Shown here piece by piece: positions 12,506 to 21,331 of a stretch of 64,000 bases of DNA. The DNA is from Holophagales bacterium UBA5704. GTDB lineage: Bacteria > Acidobacteriota > Thermoanaerobaculia > Multivoradales > UBA5704. The position numbers and the translations under genes were made by a program. Position 1 is the first letter of the stretch. Every line of letters begins with the position of its first letter. The stretch covers positions 17,088 to 81,087 of the forward strand of contig DIHE01000171.1 in assembly GCA_002420005.1 (NCBI GenBank). The letters run 5' to 3'. Under the pieces are notes generated by a model. That model was not told the DNA's origin. It ran no database searches and was given only the letters and a program-made list of their open reading frames with translations.

Positions 12506-12844
12506 ATGGTGCCACGGCTCCGGGCAGTCATCGATACCAACGTCGTCTTTGAAGGCCTGACCCACCGTGGCGGGCCGGCGGGTGTCATCATCAGCGCTTG
12601 GATCGTGAGCCCCAGGAGAGGAGATCAAGAGATGGCCCGTCTTTCGCTTCGGCTTCCGGACACGTTGCACCAGCGTCTGGGCTCGGCGCCTGATGAAGAG
12701 GTCTGGAAGATCCTGGATGAACGCGAGGCGGCGCCGCCCGGAGCCGATGTTGGCTGGACGCCGGAGCTGCGGCACGCGCTGGAAGCCCGGATCGACGAGG
12801 CACGAAAAGGGGCGGGGCGAACGGGGAAAGCCCCTGGCCTGTGA
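12506..12844 (+). pseudogene. chimeric remnant of toxin-antitoxin genes (PIN N-terminus + RHH-like + addiction-module-like fragments)
   Basis: MVPRLRAVIDTNVVFEGLTHRGGPAGVIISAW matches only the first ~30 aa of PIN toxins. Then come MARLSLRLPDTLHQRLG (antitoxin-like) and WTPELRHALEARIDEARKG (addiction-module-like), all fused in one 112-aa frame. Confidence 0.35.
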
Positions 12845-13791
12845 GCGACGCCCCGCCAACCCGGCAATCTCCCTACCTCCGGCGCCTCGGGGCCTATCTC
12901 GCCGAGCGCTTTCCGCTCGTCGGGCATGGGGTGTTGATCGTCGCCTATTACTCCTCGAACCAGTTCCTGGCGCGGGCGTTGACCGATCCGGGCCGGCCGA
13001 TGCATTTCGACCTCACCACGCTCCTCGGGGCGGTCACGCTGTTCTGTTTCTTCTTCCACCTGCGCGTGTTCGACGAGCACAAGGATTGGGCGGACGACGG
13101 GGTCCACCATCCGGAGCGCGTGCTGCAGCGCGGGTTGATCACGCTGCGGGATCTCAAGATCCTCGGCGGCGTGGCGATCGCGGTGCAGATCGTCCTCTCG
13201 GCGGTGCGGGGCCTTCCGGCTCTTGCGGCGTGGGGTCTGGCGTTCGGGTTCTCGCTGTTGATGCTGCGTGAGTTCTTCGCCCGCGAGTGGCTGAAGCGGC
13301 ATTTCCTGGTGTATGCCACGACCCACATGCTGCTCATGCCGTTCCTCTCGCTGCTGGTGTTCTCCTTCGCCACCGGCGAGCCGCCGTGGCGGGCTCCGGG
13401 GTGGTACTTCGTCTATTCGTGGGTGGGCTTCTTCGTCACGTTCAATTGGGAAGTGTCGCGCAAGATCCGCGCGCCGGAGGATGAGCGCGAGGGCGTCGAG
13501 ACCTATACGCGGATCTTCGGCACCTATGGCGCGGCGTCGCTCGTCCTGGCGATCCGGGTGGTCGATACGGCGCTGGTGCTCCTCGTCGGCCGGCACCTCG
13601 GCCTGCCTCTCTGGTTCGATGCGGCGCTGGTGGGGCTCTTCCTCCTCACCCTGATCGGCTACTTCCAGTTCCGTTTCCAGACCAACCGAAAGACCGCAAA
13701 ACGGATGGAGACCTGGGCGGGCCTCTACATCATCGCGTTCGACCTCCTCCTCGCCGCGGCGATCGGCGCCCGCTTCGGAGTGCGGGTATGA
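12841..13791 (+). CDS. UbiA-superfamily prenyltransferase-like membrane protein
   Basis: GTG start overlapping the previous stop. About 8 TM segments. Asp-rich motif FDEHKDWADD. Confidence 0.6.
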   Translation: MSDAPPTRQSPYLRRLGAYLAERFPLVGHGVLIVAYYSSNQFLARALTDPGRPMHFDLTTLLGAVTLFCFFFHLRVFDEHKDWADDGVHHPERVLQRGLITLRDLKILGGVAIAVQIVLSAVRGLPALAAWGLAFGFSLLMLREFFAREWLKRHFLVYATTHMLLMPFLSLLVFSFATGEPPWRAPGWYFVYSWVGFFVTFNWEVSRKIRAPEDEREGVETYTRIFGTYGAASLVLAIRVVDTALVLLVGRHLGLPLWFDAALVGLFLLTLIGYFQFRFQTNRKTAKRMETWAGLYIIAFDLLLAAAIGARFGVRV

Positions 13792-16439
13792 GCGCTCTGG
13801 TCTGGGTTCCGCGGCGCGAGGAGAAGGCCGCCGCCGGAGCGCTCGGGGGCAAGGCGGCGCATCTGGCGCGCTTGGAGGCTCTGGGGATGCGGGTGCCTCC
13901 CTGGTATGCGGTGACGACCGCGGCCTTCACGCAGGCGCTGGCCGCGGCGGGGAGCCCGGAGCGCCTCGGGGAGGGGACGCTTGCGGACGAGCTGGTGCAG
14001 GCGATCGAGGAGGCGCACGCCGCGCGGATCGGCGATCCGGACGCCCTGGTGGCGGTGCGCTCGTCGGCGGTGGGGGAGGATGCGGCGGGGGAGTCGTTCG
14101 CCGGGCTGCACGACAGCTTCCTCTTCGTGCGCGGCCGTGCGGCGGTCGCGGCGGCGATCCGGAAGGTGTGGGCGTCGGCGTACAGCGCGCGGGCTCTCGC
14201 CTACCGGGAAGCCCGCGGGCTGCCGCTCGACCGCATCGCCATCGCCGTCGTCGTGCAGAGGATGGTCGAGGCGCGGTCGAGCGGCGTGCTGTTCACCGCC
14301 AACCCGAACGACGGCAACGTCCACCAGATGGTGATCTCCGCCCTCTGGGGAGCCGGCGAAGGCCTGGTCAGTGCGGGCCTCGCGGCGGACACCTGGCTCG
14401 TCGCCAAGGACGATCTCGCCGTGACCGCCGACGTGGCCGAGAAAACCGACCGCCTGGTGCTCGATCGCGTGGCCGGCGAAGGTCTGATCCGCGAGGACGT
14501 TTCGCCCGACCTGCGCACCGCGCCGAGCCTGACGGAGGCGGAGGTGATGACCGTAGCCCAGGTGGGCCTCCATCTCGAATCCGCGTTCCTCCGGCCGCAA
14601 GACATCGAGTTTTCTTTCGATGCGGCCGGCACGCTGTGGATTCTCCAGGCGCGGCCGGTGACCACGGTCGAGGAGCTGGGACCGGCGGCGGGCCACCGGC
14701 TGCTGTGGGACAACTCGAACATCATCGAGAGCTACTCGGGCGTCACCTCGCCGATGACGTTCAGCTTCATCCGCCGGGCCTATTCGATCGTCTACCACTG
14801 CTTCGCCGAGGTGATGGGCATCGCGCCCGCGGTGGTGCGGGCGAACCGCGACGTGTTCGACAACATGCTCGGCCTTTTCCGCGGGCAGGTCTACTACAAC
14901 CTGCACAACTGGTACCGCCTGGTCCGCCTCTTCCCGGGGTTCAACTACAACAAGAGCTTCATGGAATCGATGATGGGCGTGCGCCAGGGGCTTGCGGAGG
15001 GCGAAGAGCCGGCCCCGGTGGCCGGGCTGCGGCGCTATACCGTGGAGCTGCCGGCGCTGCTGCGACTCGCCGGGCGCTCGGCGCGCAATTTCCTGTCCAT
15101 CCGCCGCATCGTGGGCGCCTTTGAAAACCATTTCCGCGACCGCTACGGCGCCTGGTCGAAGCTCGACCTGCGCGCCCTGCCACCGCACGAGCTGGCGGCC
15201 CTCTATCGCCGGATGGAGGACCAGCTCCTCTGGGAATGGAAGGCACCGATCATCAACGATTTTTTCGTGATGATCTTCTATGGCACGTTGAAAAAGCTTT
15301 GCGCCTCCTGGTGCGGTGACGTCCATGGCTCGCTGCAGAACGATCTGATCGCGGGCGAAGGTGGGATCGAGAGCACCGAGCCCACCAAGCTGCTGCTGCG
15401 TCTGGCGGCGCGGGCGCGAGAGATCCCGGAGGTCCGCCGGCTCCTCCTGGAGACGCCGCCGGAGGAGCTGGCGGTGGAGGCGCCGCGCCTCCTGCCGGCG
15501 GACTTCGCCGCCGAGATCGCCCGCTATCTTGACCTCTACGGGTTCCGCTGCGTCAACGAGCTCAAGCTCGAAGAGCCATCGCTGCGCGACCGTCCCGCCT
15601 TCCTCTACCAGATTCTCCGCAACTACCTGGCCATGGAGGACCCGGCGGCCCTGGACGTGGCGGCGATGGAGGCGCGCGAGCACCGGCTGCGCGCCGACGC
15701 CGAAGCCCGCGCCTTCGCCGCGATCCGCTCCCCCTGGCGGCGGTGGATCTTCCGGCGCGTGCTCGCGAATGCGCGTCTCGGCGTCAAGAACCGGGAAAAC
15801 CTGCGCTTCGCCCGCACCCGCATCTATGGCCTGCTGCGCGAGCTGCTACGGGCCGTCGGCGAGGACTTCGTCGAGGAGGGGCTGCTCGCCGCGGTGGACG
15901 ACATCTTTTATCTGGAGATCGACGAGGTGTGGGATTTCATCCGCGGCCGCGCGGTCACCACCGATCTCCAGAGCCTCGCCACGCTACGCCGGAGGGACTT
16001 CGACGCCTTCCGCCGGGAGGTGGAGAAGCAGCCGGCGGATCGCTTCGAGACCTTCGGCCTGCCGTACCACCGCAACCGGTACCGCGGCCGGCCGCAGCCC
16101 GCGGCGGTGGGGGAGGACGGCCTGCTGCGCGGCATCGGCTGCTGCCCGGGTGTGGTGACCGGCCCGGTCAAGGTCCTGCGCTCCCCTTCCGAGGATGCCC
16201 GTCTCGACGGCGAGATCCTGGTCGCCGAGCGCACCGACCCCGGGTGGGTGCCGCTCTATCCCGGCGTCTCCGGCCTGCTCATCGAGCGCGGCAGCATCCT
16301 CTCCCACTCGGCCATCGTGGCCCGCGAGATGGGGATTCCGACCATCGTCGGCATCCCCGGGCTGGTGGGCACGCTCGCGACCGGCGACGTGGTGACCATG
16401 GACGGCGCCGCGGGGACGGTCGCCCAGAGCGGCGTCTGA
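13788..16439 (+). CDS. PEP/pyruvate-binding + PEP-utilising mobile-domain phosphotransferase (PpsA/rifampicin-phosphotransferase-like architecture)
   Basis: ATGA overlap with the UbiA-like gene. N-terminal ATP-grasp GGKAAHLARL...VAVRSSAVGEDA...SFAGLHDS. C-terminal swivel domain GCCPGVVTGPV...ERGSILSHSAIVAREMGIPT with the phospho-His. Confidence 0.8.
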   Translation: MSALVWVPRREEKAAAGALGGKAAHLARLEALGMRVPPWYAVTTAAFTQALAAAGSPERLGEGTLADELVQAIEEAHAARIGDPDALVAVRSSAVGEDAAGESFAGLHDSFLFVRGRAAVAAAIRKVWASAYSARALAYREARGLPLDRIAIAVVVQRMVEARSSGVLFTANPNDGNVHQMVISALWGAGEGLVSAGLAADTWLVAKDDLAVTADVAEKTDRLVLDRVAGEGLIREDVSPDLRTAPSLTEAEVMTVAQVGLHLESAFLRPQDIEFSFDAAGTLWILQARPVTTVEELGPAAGHRLLWDNSNIIESYSGVTSPMTFSFIRRAYSIVYHCFAEVMGIAPAVVRANRDVFDNMLGLFRGQVYYNLHNWYRLVRLFPGFNYNKSFMESMMGVRQGLAEGEEPAPVAGLRRYTVELPALLRLAGRSARNFLSIRRIVGAFENHFRDRYGAWSKLDLRALPPHELAALYRRMEDQLLWEWKAPIINDFFVMIFYGTLKKLCASWCGDVHGSLQNDLIAGEGGIESTEPTKLLLRLAARAREIPEVRRLLLETPPEELAVEAPRLLPADFAAEIARYLDLYGFRCVNELKLEEPSLRDRPAFLYQILRNYLAMEDPAALDVAAMEAREHRLRADAEARAFAAIRSPWRRWIFRRVLANARLGVKNRENLRFARTRIYGLLRELLRAVGEDFVEEGLLAAVDDIFYLEIDEVWDFIRGRAVTTDLQSLATLRRRDFDAFRREVEKQPADRFETFGLPYHRNRYRGRPQPAAVGEDGLLRGIGCCPGVVTGPVKVLRSPSEDARLDGEILVAERTDPGWVPLYPGVSGLLIERGSILSHSAIVAREMGIPTIVGIPGLVGTLATGDVVTMDGAAGTVAQSGV

Positions 16440-16441
16440 GG

Positions 16442-16903
16442 TCAGGTGGCGCCGTCCGGTTTCTCCTGATCCGTGCCGGCTTCATCCCCTTCCTCCCCGA
16501 ACCCGCTCTCTCGGAGGAACTCCTGGATGGCTTGCACAAAGAGCTTCGCTCCCGTGACCATTTCCGTGATTTCGTCGGGATCGAGCGCCGCCACCTCACC
16601 GTAGTCCCAACTCTGCCGACGGTTGAAGGCCAAGCGCAGAGAGCGGGAGAGCTCTCGGGGTAGGAGGCCGGGCTTCACGAATTCGCGGTCGAAGAGCCCG
16701 AGAACTCCACTGTGTTTGGACGAACCCAGTTGCCGGGTCGCCAAGAGGGCGAGGACCGCGTAGAACATCGCGTAGTAGGCGCGGTTCTGTGCACCGCGCC
16801 AGGCGTTCTGATCGAGAAGAAGGTTGGTCTCACGGAGTGTTTCGACAGCTTGCTCCAGCCGGTAGCGCACCAGGGCATGCAGCTGCTCCGGGCTCCGACT
16901 CAA
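16442..16903 (-). CDS. HEPN-domain protein (toxin partner of MNT)
   Basis: The 3' end of ORF 16442-18211. TTG start forming a TTGA overlap with the MNT stop. AQNRAYYAMFYAVLALL... and RLAFNRRQSWDYGE are typical of HEPN. Confidence 0.7.
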   Translation of the reverse strand: MSRSPEQLHALVRYRLEQAVETLRETNLLLDQNAWRGAQNRAYYAMFYAVLALLATRQLGSSKHSGVLGLFDREFVKPGLLPRELSRSLRLAFNRRQSWDYGEVAALDPDEITEMVTGAKLFVQAIQEFLRESGFGEEGDEAGTDQEKPDGAT

Positions 16904-17253
16904 AGGGGAATGCCTTCTCGTTCGATGGTCTGGACGACCGGCTGTGCGCCGAACGGGCCTTTCTCCAGCCCGCGGCGGGTGGTCACCAGGGTCGAGATCA
17001 CCAGATCCCCGTCGAATCCGACCTCCCAGGCGACTTCGTCGATCCAGCGGCGAAGGGCGGGGGTCAGCTCGGTGACGACGAGGTAGACGTCGAGGTCTGA
17101 TTCGGGGGTGGCTTCGCCACGGACCCGCGAGCCGAACACTCGAAAATCCTCGATCTTCACGCCCTGGGCGAGGCGCCTCCGTAGCTCCCGGGCGATCTGC
17201 CGATCGGCTGCGCTGATTCCGGCCATCCTTGCCTGTCCCGCCTTCTTGGCCAT
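16900..17253 (-). CDS. minimal nucleotidyltransferase (MNT) antitoxin
   Basis: 117 aa. GSRVRGEATPESDLDVYLV is the GS-x10-DxD nucleotidyltransferase motif. Confidence 0.8.
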   Translation of the reverse strand: MAKKAGQARMAGISAADRQIARELRRRLAQGVKIEDFRVFGSRVRGEATPESDLDVYLVVTELTPALRRWIDEVAWEVGFDGDLVISTLVTTRRGLEKGPFGAQPVVQTIEREGIPL

Positions 17254-17260
17254 GTCTTGT

Positions 17261-17266
17261 ATTGTA
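17261..17266 (-). promoter_or_regulatory. -10 hexamer TACAAT, 7 nt before ATG 17253 (leaderless MNT-HEPN transcript)
   Basis: Minus strand reads cgTACAATacaagacATG. No SD. Confidence 0.55.
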
Positions 17267-17283
17267 CGAGCTTTTCGCGGCCG

Positions 17284-18477
17284 CTACGTCCGTCCCAGAA
17301 ACTCCACCGCCCGTTTGAGGCCGGCGAGGGTGAGGTCCTCCATGCGGAAGACCTCGCGGATCTTGTGCAGGGTGAAGCTGCCGGCGGCGCTGCCCCAGCT
17401 CTCTTTCGGGATCGGGTTGAGCCAGACGCTGTGGCGGAAACGGTCGTGCAGGCGTTGCAGCCAGGTGAGGCTCGCCTCGGCGTCGTCGGCGTAATAGGAG
17501 ATGGCGCCGCGCGGGTACACCAGCTCTTCCGGGGCCATGGTGGCGTCGCCGAGGATCAGGACGCGGGTGTCCGGGTGGCGCTTCAGGATGTCGTCCGTGC
17601 CGAGCGGATCGCGGCGCTGCGGGTCCTTCCAGACGGTTCCATAGATGGTGTTGTGGAAGAAGTAGGTGTCCGCCCGCTTGAAGCGGCCCTTCACCTTGGA
17701 GAAGAGGAGCCGCGTCAGATGCACCCAGGGGAGCATCGAGGTGCCGCCGTTGTCGATCAGCAGGACGACCTCGATGCGGTCGAGCAGGTCGTGGCGGAAG
17801 GCGAGCTCGATCTCGCCGCCGTTCCGGGCGCTCTGGTAGATCGTCTCGTCGAGGTCGAGCTGGTCGCGCGGTCCCGCGGGGACCATGCTTTTCAAGGCCG
17901 CCAGGGCCTGCGCCACGTTCGAGCCGTGCAGGACGTTGGCGTCCGAGTAGTCGACGTAGCGGCGCTCGCCGATCACCTTGAGGGCGGAGCGGTTGCCGCC
18001 GGCGGGTCCGAAGACCTTGACGCCGCCGCGGGCGTTGCCCGAATGCCCGAAGGGGGAGTTGCCGCCGGTGCCGATCCAGCGGCTGCCGCCGTGGTGCTCT
18101 TCCATCTGCTTCTGGAGCGTCTCCCAGAAGCGCCGCATCAGCTCGTCCGGCGACATCGTCCACAGTGCCTGCGGCGGCAGCTCGCCCTGCCGCACGGCCT
18201 CCTGGAGCCACTGCCGGAACTGCGGCGTATTGAGCAGCTCCGGATCGCCCGGCGCCACGCGCGGCACGTCGACGCCGAAGAAGTGGAAGAGGAAGGCGCG
18301 CTCGTAGTCGTCCATGTGCTCGACGCGCCGCACGAAGCAGAGGCGGGCGAAGAGGAAGAGCGACTCCAGGTCCGGCGCCAGTCCCTTCTCCAGCCCTTTG
18401 TAGAAGTCGAGCGTGTCGGTCATGCTGGCCGGGACGCCGTACTCGCGCAGGCGGACGATGAAGCCGTCGAGGAACAT
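17284..18477 (-). CDS. VWA-domain protein, CoxE-like
   Basis: ORF 17284-18918 trimmed to ATG 18477 (MFLDGFIVRLREYGVP...). VLLIDNGGTSM (MIDAS-like) and ...RVLILGDATM are typical of the CoxE/VWA_CoxE family. No MoxR-type partner is adjacent. Confidence 0.7.
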   Translation of the reverse strand: MFLDGFIVRLREYGVPASMTDTLDFYKGLEKGLAPDLESLFLFARLCFVRRVEHMDDYERAFLFHFFGVDVPRVAPGDPELLNTPQFRQWLQEAVRQGELPPQALWTMSPDELMRRFWETLQKQMEEHHGGSRWIGTGGNSPFGHSGNARGGVKVFGPAGGNRSALKVIGERRYVDYSDANVLHGSNVAQALAALKSMVPAGPRDQLDLDETIYQSARNGGEIELAFRHDLLDRIEVVLLIDNGGTSMLPWVHLTRLLFSKVKGRFKRADTYFFHNTIYGTVWKDPQRRDPLGTDDILKRHPDTRVLILGDATMAPEELVYPRGAISYYADDAEASLTWLQRLHDRFRHSVWLNPIPKESWGSAAGSFTLHKIREVFRMEDLTLAGLKRAVEFLGRT

Positions 18478-18483
18478 GGGGGG

Positions 18484-18489
18484 ATTGTA
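18484..18489 (-). promoter_or_regulatory. -10 hexamer TACAAT, 6 nt before ATG 18477
   Basis: Minus strand reads gGCTACAATccccccATG. Mirror image of 18667-18672. Confidence 0.55.
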
Positions 18490-18499
18490 GCCGAGGCGG

Positions 18500-18648
18500 G
18501 CCCCCTCCCCTGACCCCTCCCCCGCAAAGCGGGAGAGGGGCACCACCCGCCCGCCCGGGGAGACCCCGGAATCCGGGACATGCGCCGGCTCACTTTGGGC
18601 GGGAGGGGGCGCCCTCTCCCGCTTGCGGGGGAGGGTCGGGGAGGGGGC
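18500..18648. repeat. GC-rich inverted repeat (~40-bp arms, ~68-bp spacer with a central palindrome CCCGGAaTCCGGG)
   Basis: Left arm GCCCCCTCCCCTGACCCCTCCCCCGCAAAGCGGGAGAGGGGC. The reverse complement of the right arm is GCCCCCTCCCCGACCCTCCCCCGCAAGCGGGAGAGGGC. They are identical except for 3-4 single-nt indels. Each arm also contains its own CCCGC-n-GCGGG hairpin. Confidence 0.85.
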
Positions 18649-18666
18649 GTGAGCCCGGCAAGCCTC

Positions 18667-18672
18667 TACAAT
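18667..18672 (+). promoter_or_regulatory. -10 hexamer TACAAT, 7 nt before ATG 18680
   Basis: ctCTACAATccacttcATG. No SD. Confidence 0.55.
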
Positions 18673-18679
18673 CCACTTC

Positions 18680-21331
18680 ATGGAGCTCCTGACCACCCAC
18701 ATCAACGCCGACTTCGACGCCCTGGCGGCGGTGGTGGCGGCGCAGCGGCTGCACCCGGGGGCTGTGATCTTCTTTCCCGGATCGCGCGAGGAGTCGGTGC
18801 GGCGGATGCTCGACAGCGGGCTTTTCGAGCTGTCCGAGGTCCGGCGCAAGGACGTCGATCCGGCGGCGCTCACCCGGATCATCCTCTGCGACGTCCGCCA
18901 GCGCGAGCGGATCGGCATCGTGGCGCAGTGGCTGGAGGAGCACCCGCGGATCGAGGTCTGGTCCTACGACCACCACCCGGACACCTCTTCGGACGTGCCG
19001 GTCCAGGGCGGCCGGGTGGACCGCGAGGTCGGCTCGACGTCGACGATCCTGGTCGAGGAGATGCAGCAACGCGGCCTGGTGTGCGGCGCGGCGGAGGCGA
19101 CGCTCCTCCTGCTCGGGATCTATGAGGACACCGGATCGCTCACCCATGCCACCACGGTGCCGCGGGATTTTCAGGCGGCGGTGTGGCTGCTGGGGCGTGG
19201 CGGCGATCTGGCGGCGGTGCGGCGGTGGGTCGGGCGGCCTCTCGACGTGCAGCACCTGGGCGTCCTCCACCGGATGATGGAGCGCCTGGAGATCCACCGG
19301 GTGCGCGGTCATCGCGTGGGGATCGTCACGCTCGATCTCGGTGGCTATGTGGAAGAGCTGGCGCCGCTCGTCTCACGATGCCTGGAGGTGTTCGAGCTGC
19401 CGCTCCTCTTCGCCCTCTTCGGCGAGGGCGAGCAGACCGGCCGCATTACTCTGATCGCCCGCGGTGATCTGCCGGGCTTCGACCTCGGCCAGGCGCTGGA
19501 GGGTCTGGCGGGCGGGGGCGGGCATGCCACGGCGGCGGCGGCGCGGCTCAAGGATCGGACGCTCCTGGAGGCCCGCGAAGAGCTGTTGGGCTTCCTGCGC
19601 GGCGTCCTGCCCCCCGCGGCCCGGGCGCGCGATCTGCTCATCGCCCCGTTCTTCGAGCTGCTCGCCGGCACCGCGGTGGCGGCGGCCAAGGCGCAGCTCA
19701 TCGCTTGGCGGGTCAACGCCGCGCCGGTGGCCGAAGCGTCCGGAGGCCGGGTGGTGGGGATCGTCACCCGCCAGGTGCTCGATGCGGCCCTGCAGCACGG
19801 CCTCGGCGACCGCCCGGTGGGGACGGTGATGACCCGCGAGCTGGAATGGGTGGCGCCCGAGGCTCCGGCGGACGAGGTGGGAGAGCGGATGCTCGCCCGC
19901 CATCCCCGCTTCGTGCTGGTCGGCGACCCCGCCGGCGGCCGGCCGCTCGGTCTGATCACCCGCATGCAGCTCCTGCGGCACCTGCATGGCCGGCTGGAGG
20001 ATTTCGAAATCCGCCTCGACCATCGCGCCGAGCAGCAGCGCGAGCGCCGCGAGAAGATCGCCAGGCTCCTGGAGGAACGCCTGCCTCCTGCGCTCGCCGC
20101 GCGGGTCGCGACGGTGGCGCGGGTGTCCCGCGAGGCGGAGGTCCCGGTCTACCTCGTCGGCGGCTTCGTGCGCGACCTGCTTCTGGAGCGGGAGAACCGC
20201 GATCTCGACCTGGTTGTGGAAGGGGACGGGCTCGATTTCGCGGCGCGGCTCGCCCGGGCGGTGGACGGCCGCGTCCGCGAGCACCGCGCGTTTCTCACCG
20301 CGGTGGTGATCGATCCGGACGGCCTCCACATCGACGTGGCCACGGCGCGCAGCGAGTTCTACCGTGCGCCGGCCGCCCTCCCCGAGGTGCAGATGTCGGC
20401 GCTGCGCCAGGATCTGTTCCGCCGCGACTTCACGATCAACACCTTGGCCATCCGCCTGGGACCGGACGAGACGCCCGAGCTGATCGACTACTTCGGCGGG
20501 CGCAACGATCTCAAGGAACGGACCCTGCGCGTCCTCCACAGCTTGTCGTTCATCGACGATCCCACCCGCGTCCTGCGCGCCGTGCGACTGGAGCAGCGGC
20601 TCGGCTTCCACATCGCGCCGGAGACGCGGCGGCTGATCGACGTGGCGCTGGCGGAAGGGATCTTCGATCACCTCTCCGGCTCGCGTCTGCGCGAGGAGCT
20701 GGAGAAGCTGCTGGACGATCCGGCGCTCGCCCTGCGCGGGCTCGACCGGCTCGCCGAGCTGGGCGTCCTCTCCGTCCTCCATCCCGGCCTGGAGCTGCGG
20801 CCGGACGTGCGCGCCCGGTTGCAGGCGGCGCGCGCCGCGTTCGACTGGTACGTGCTTGAAGGGCGAACCGATCCTCCCGTCCAGGCCTGGCCGCTCCTCC
20901 TGCTGACCCTGGCCCTGGACTTCGAGGCCGGCGAGCGTGCCCGCCTCGCCGATCGTCTGATGCTGGCCGGAGCGGTGCGCCGCCTTCTGCTCCACGCGCC
21001 GGAGCACTTGGCGGAGGCGCGGGCGATCCTGGCGACCCCTGACCTCCCTCCGCACCGGGCGGTGGAGGCGCTGGAAGGCCTGGCCGGAGAAGAGCTTCTG
21101 CTCCTGATGGCGCAAGGCGACGACGGTGTCCGTGGCCAGGTGCGCCGGGTGCTCACCGAGCTGCGGGCTCTGGAGCTGAACATCCGCGGCGCCGATCTCG
21201 TCGCGGCCGGATTTGCGCAGGGGCCGGAGATCGGGCGGACGTTGGCGGCGGTGCGGCGGGCGCGGCTCGACGGGTTGGTGGAGGAGGGGCGGGAGGCGGA
21301 ACTGGCGTTTGCGTTGGGGACCCGGGGATGA
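18680..21331 (+). CDS. DHH phosphoesterase - CBS pair - poly(A) polymerase/CCA-adding nucleotidyltransferase fusion protein
   Basis: N-terminal THINADFDALAA...YDHHP (DHH). Central CBS-like region. YLVGGFVRDLLL...NRDLDLVV (PolyA_pol head) and RRDFTINTLA motifs. Confidence 0.8.
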   Translation: MELLTTHINADFDALAAVVAAQRLHPGAVIFFPGSREESVRRMLDSGLFELSEVRRKDVDPAALTRIILCDVRQRERIGIVAQWLEEHPRIEVWSYDHHPDTSSDVPVQGGRVDREVGSTSTILVEEMQQRGLVCGAAEATLLLLGIYEDTGSLTHATTVPRDFQAAVWLLGRGGDLAAVRRWVGRPLDVQHLGVLHRMMERLEIHRVRGHRVGIVTLDLGGYVEELAPLVSRCLEVFELPLLFALFGEGEQTGRITLIARGDLPGFDLGQALEGLAGGGGHATAAAARLKDRTLLEAREELLGFLRGVLPPAARARDLLIAPFFELLAGTAVAAAKAQLIAWRVNAAPVAEASGGRVVGIVTRQVLDAALQHGLGDRPVGTVMTRELEWVAPEAPADEVGERMLARHPRFVLVGDPAGGRPLGLITRMQLLRHLHGRLEDFEIRLDHRAEQQRERREKIARLLEERLPPALAARVATVARVSREAEVPVYLVGGFVRDLLLERENRDLDLVVEGDGLDFAARLARAVDGRVREHRAFLTAVVIDPDGLHIDVATARSEFYRAPAALPEVQMSALRQDLFRRDFTINTLAIRLGPDETPELIDYFGGRNDLKERTLRVLHSLSFIDDPTRVLRAVRLEQRLGFHIAPETRRLIDVALAEGIFDHLSGSRLREELEKLLDDPALALRGLDRLAELGVLSVLHPGLELRPDVRARLQAARAAFDWYVLEGRTDPPVQAWPLLLLTLALDFEAGERARLADRLMLAGAVRRLLLHAPEHLAEARAILATPDLPPHRAVEALEGLAGEELLLLMAQGDDGVRGQVRRVLTELRALELNIRGADLVAAGFAQGPEIGRTLAAVRRARLDGLVEEGREAELAFALGTRG

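Noticed and set aside
12501-12518. Minus-strand TGGCAC near the TA-remnant start
   Set aside because: The dinucleotide at the -12 position is CC, not GC, so it is not a sigma-54 promoter.
18482-18674. MITE/miniature transposon interpretation of the 193-bp element with 9-bp terminal inverted repeats GGATTGTAG/CTACAATCC
   Set aside because: The terminal repeats coincide exactly with TACAAT -10 boxes placed 6-7 nt from the two divergent start codons. No target-site duplication is visible, and no second copy exists in this window. A symmetric divergent promoter explains the termini better. A REP/MITE origin of the inner arms cannot be excluded without the whole genome.
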